64,000 nucleotides of DNA from Podospora anserina (taxonomy: Eukaryota). The notes under the pieces were generated by a model. That model was given only the letters and a program-made list of their open reading frames with translations. It made no database searches and was not told the DNA's origin. Made by a program: the position numbers and the translations under genes. Positions 61,508 through 64,000 of this stretch are shown here, in pieces. Numbering within the stretch: position 1 is the stretch's first letter; every line of letters starts with the position of its first letter. The stretch is from contig CM030336.1 of assembly GCA_017654855.1 (NCBI GenBank), positions 682,001 to 746,000 of the forward strand, given 5' to 3'.

Positions 61508-63449
61508 ACTGTATTTCTCAGGCTGTTCGTTGCTCCGGTTTAAAATATGTTAGTTATCAGTAAGTACGGTGAAGTTGTTGCAGACAACTGCTAAGACCAT
61601 TAAATCCAATAAGCTTGCGACAAGGCCTTGATTTCTGCCCTCGCTGTTTACATTCATCTGGAAGGGTCCAGGGAGGAATCACCCCTTATCGAAATACCGC
61701 GCTTGTTTGGTGTTGTTTGACCGGGGAGCAATGTCAGTTCACGGCGCAGACGCTCCCTCGCGCGCCTCAGTTATGCGAGGGTGTAACATTACCACCACAG
61801 ATGTGCATTCCAGTTTACAAACAAGGATGGAGCCGAGGATGAGAGGTAGTAACGGGTTAAGTAAGTAGAAATCTTGAGCGATAAGCTTGAGCTGTTGAGC
61901 TTGCTGATGCAGACAATGGAAAGCTTCAATTGGCAATCCAGGATCTCACCTGAGGCTGCGGTTGCAGAAGACAGGGAGGGATGCTTTGCAAAATGCAAGA
62001 CTGACGCTGAAAAGCATTGTGCTAGTGTGGAATCTAATTTGGTGTTGGTGTTGGTTGGGTCTCGCCAGGAGCCTACAGTCCATGAGAAGAACCAACATGA
62101 TGAACACCGGAAATATTCTTGTGATGAGGAGATTTAAGAACTTCTCCAAAAAAAACTGGTCCGTGCTGTGTGGTTGGAATATGTGGAGTAAGCCAATTCA
62201 GGCTTGGTGGGGTTTGATCTTGCGTGCCGCAGAACCCCTCTGTTTTCCTCGATTCTTTGCTGCCTACACCATGTCACAAGAAATCCATTGCCAGCTTCCT
62301 CTTTCAACCTGGTGCCGACATTTTGCCCACAAAGATACGAACGACAGAGAAACATCAACGAGAAATGCTATTTGTACCACCGTCAGCCTGCATCACGAGT
62401 CGGTCCGCGTCCCTATGCTTCAGCCCTAAACGATGCTCTGGGTGGCCAGATGCCATCCGATAAAGAGCTGGTTCGATAAACCCTTCCCACCAAGGACAAC
62501 TGGCTGGGCTCGTACACTGGCACGGGAAGCTTACCGCATACATAAAACCAAGATTTGATGGCAATGGGTGTTGGGATGGCACCACCACCATGGAAACACC
62601 ATCTCGAGGCTCCGAACTGCCGCCAGCCGCGGGCGCTAAATGCACCCCTTCTTGGCAGGTCAGCGTGCGCTAATTGACTAACCTCTCTAGGGCGTTGGAT
62701 TTTGCCGTTGCGCCAACACTCGAGACATGAAGACCACCACGATTGAGATGCGTCAATCTTCCCCGCGATGCAACTGATTGCCAAAATCGCTGAGGTCCTA
62801 CACAAGCCAGATCGGCTTACACATAATGCACCCCTTCAGCACTCTCAGCAGGCGATTCCGGTGTTTTATTCGAACCGGCTTGCGAAGGTCCGTCGCAGGA
62901 TGTTGCTGTTTGGGGGCGCTCCGGGGGCGGCCCAGCAAAATTGAGCACCAAGGCCGTCGTGATACCTATCTCTTGTGTGTCGGTCCTCTCCGGCCCCGGC
63001 CGCGAGACAGTGGTCCTATGATTCTCTTCAGACACCTTCAACATCACCGCCCCCCGTTATCTCAATGGCAATGCACCCATCTAGCTCCGTGCATGCACTC
63101 TCTTGGTGTGCCGGCTTCCAGCCCGGATCTGGCGATCGCCCAAAGGGGGTCATGTAGCCCAGAGGCTGAGCTCAGCATGCCCCCGTCGTGATTGGGCTGC
63201 TTGTCCTGATGACGGGGAAGGTCGCAAGGCTCCCTGGCACGCCCACCGTGGTGCTCAGTTTCGTCCCCTGCGGCATCCATCGTCGCTGTGCCAAGGTTGC
63301 AACAAGCGGCGCGGTTGTGTGGTGCTCTCCAGACCACAGCCCACACGTACGCAAGCTTTCAGCAGCAAAAATCATTTCACACATGCGACTCTGCGGCCAA
63401 CGTCGCCGATACATCTCGACCACACTCACGTCTCCCTCTCTCGCCTTGT

Positions 63450-63492
63450 GCTTGCCTGCCTGCTTGCTTGCTTGCTTGCTTGTTGCTTGCTG
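63450..63492 (+). repeat. Imperfect (GCTT)n microsatellite
   Basis: GCTT/GCCT tetranucleotide run. Confidence 0.7.
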
Positions 63493-63732
63493 GTCTTTTC
63501 GCTCCTCCCCCGCCTTCCCGCAGCTCTCTCCGACCCCAGGCTGCCATCCCGATACCCGAAAGAGGTGTTGCTGATGTGCAACCAAACCACTTCGAGAGCG
63601 TCAAGCCAACCTCCTGCTGTGCCCCATGCGGCCCAGCGCCTGACGACCCTCCAACTCTTCTCCTTTGTTTGAGATACCCATTTGCCGCTTTCTCTGTCCG
63701 TGTTTATACCGTCCCAGGCGCTGCTTGTCAGC

Positions 63733-64000
63733 ATGGCCTCCCCCCAGAGGTTTGCCCCTCCGCGCATCGATGCCTCGACTTCCTGGTTAATGCTCGAAGA
63801 CGAACCCCTCGAAGCGCGTTTGCTCAGCGTGGTTGCTCAGGTCTTGGGAATCGACACGGCAACACTGCGGATACAGGCCTCCTTCAGAGAGTTGGGAGGT
63901 GACGAACAGAGCGCCTCTGCGCTAAGACAGGCTTGCCTGGATGCTGGGATGGATATTGCTGTGGACGACATTCTTCGATGTTCGACCCTCGCCGAGTTAC
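63733..64000 (+). CDS. Start of an NRPS-like protein with an N-terminal carrier(PP-binding)-like domain (runs off window)
   Basis: Hand translation: MASPQRF...RLLSVVAQVLGID..ASFRELGGDEQSASALRQAC..MDIAVDDILRCSTLAEL. Confidence 0.7.
   Translation, partial: MASPQRFAPPRIDASTSWLMLEDEPLEARLLSVVAQVLGIDTATLRIQASFRELGGDEQSASALRQACLDAGMDIAVDDILRCSTLAEL

Noticed and set aside
61600-63700. Many short overlapping ORFs
   Set aside because: No motifs or coding bias; partly microsatellite-derived and likely upstream region of the last gene.

Overview
This is DNA from an intron-containing filamentous ascomycete. The laccase resembles, from memory, Podospora anserina lac2, and the solo LTRs resemble Podospora 'crapaud'-type LTRs, so the Podospora anserina species complex is likely (inference). 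The window is rich in nonself-recognition and antagonism genes. In order it holds: the 3' end of a P450; a HET-ankyrin pseudogene; a DUF2235/Tle1-like lipase divergent from a Ppo fatty-acid dioxygenase whose P450 domain lacks the heme cysteine; an LTR-flanked island with an intact RelA/SpoT-NACHT-WD40 NLR (11 near-identical WD40 repeats) head-to-head with a CorA-like membrane protein; a laccase; a degenerate SurE-like protein; a decayed subgroup-C chitinase-Hce2 / GPI-protein / LysM cluster hit by a pogo/Fot1-like transposon; an MDR dehydrogenase; an NLP; a compact TM-protein / trypsin-like protease / HET trio; and the start of an NRPS-like gene. The best candidate for an undescribed system is the NLR-alarmone synthetase plus CorA-like pair, a putative second-messenger immune module. 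The runner-up is the TM / protease / HET trio. All domain calls come from motif recognition by eye; no searches were run.
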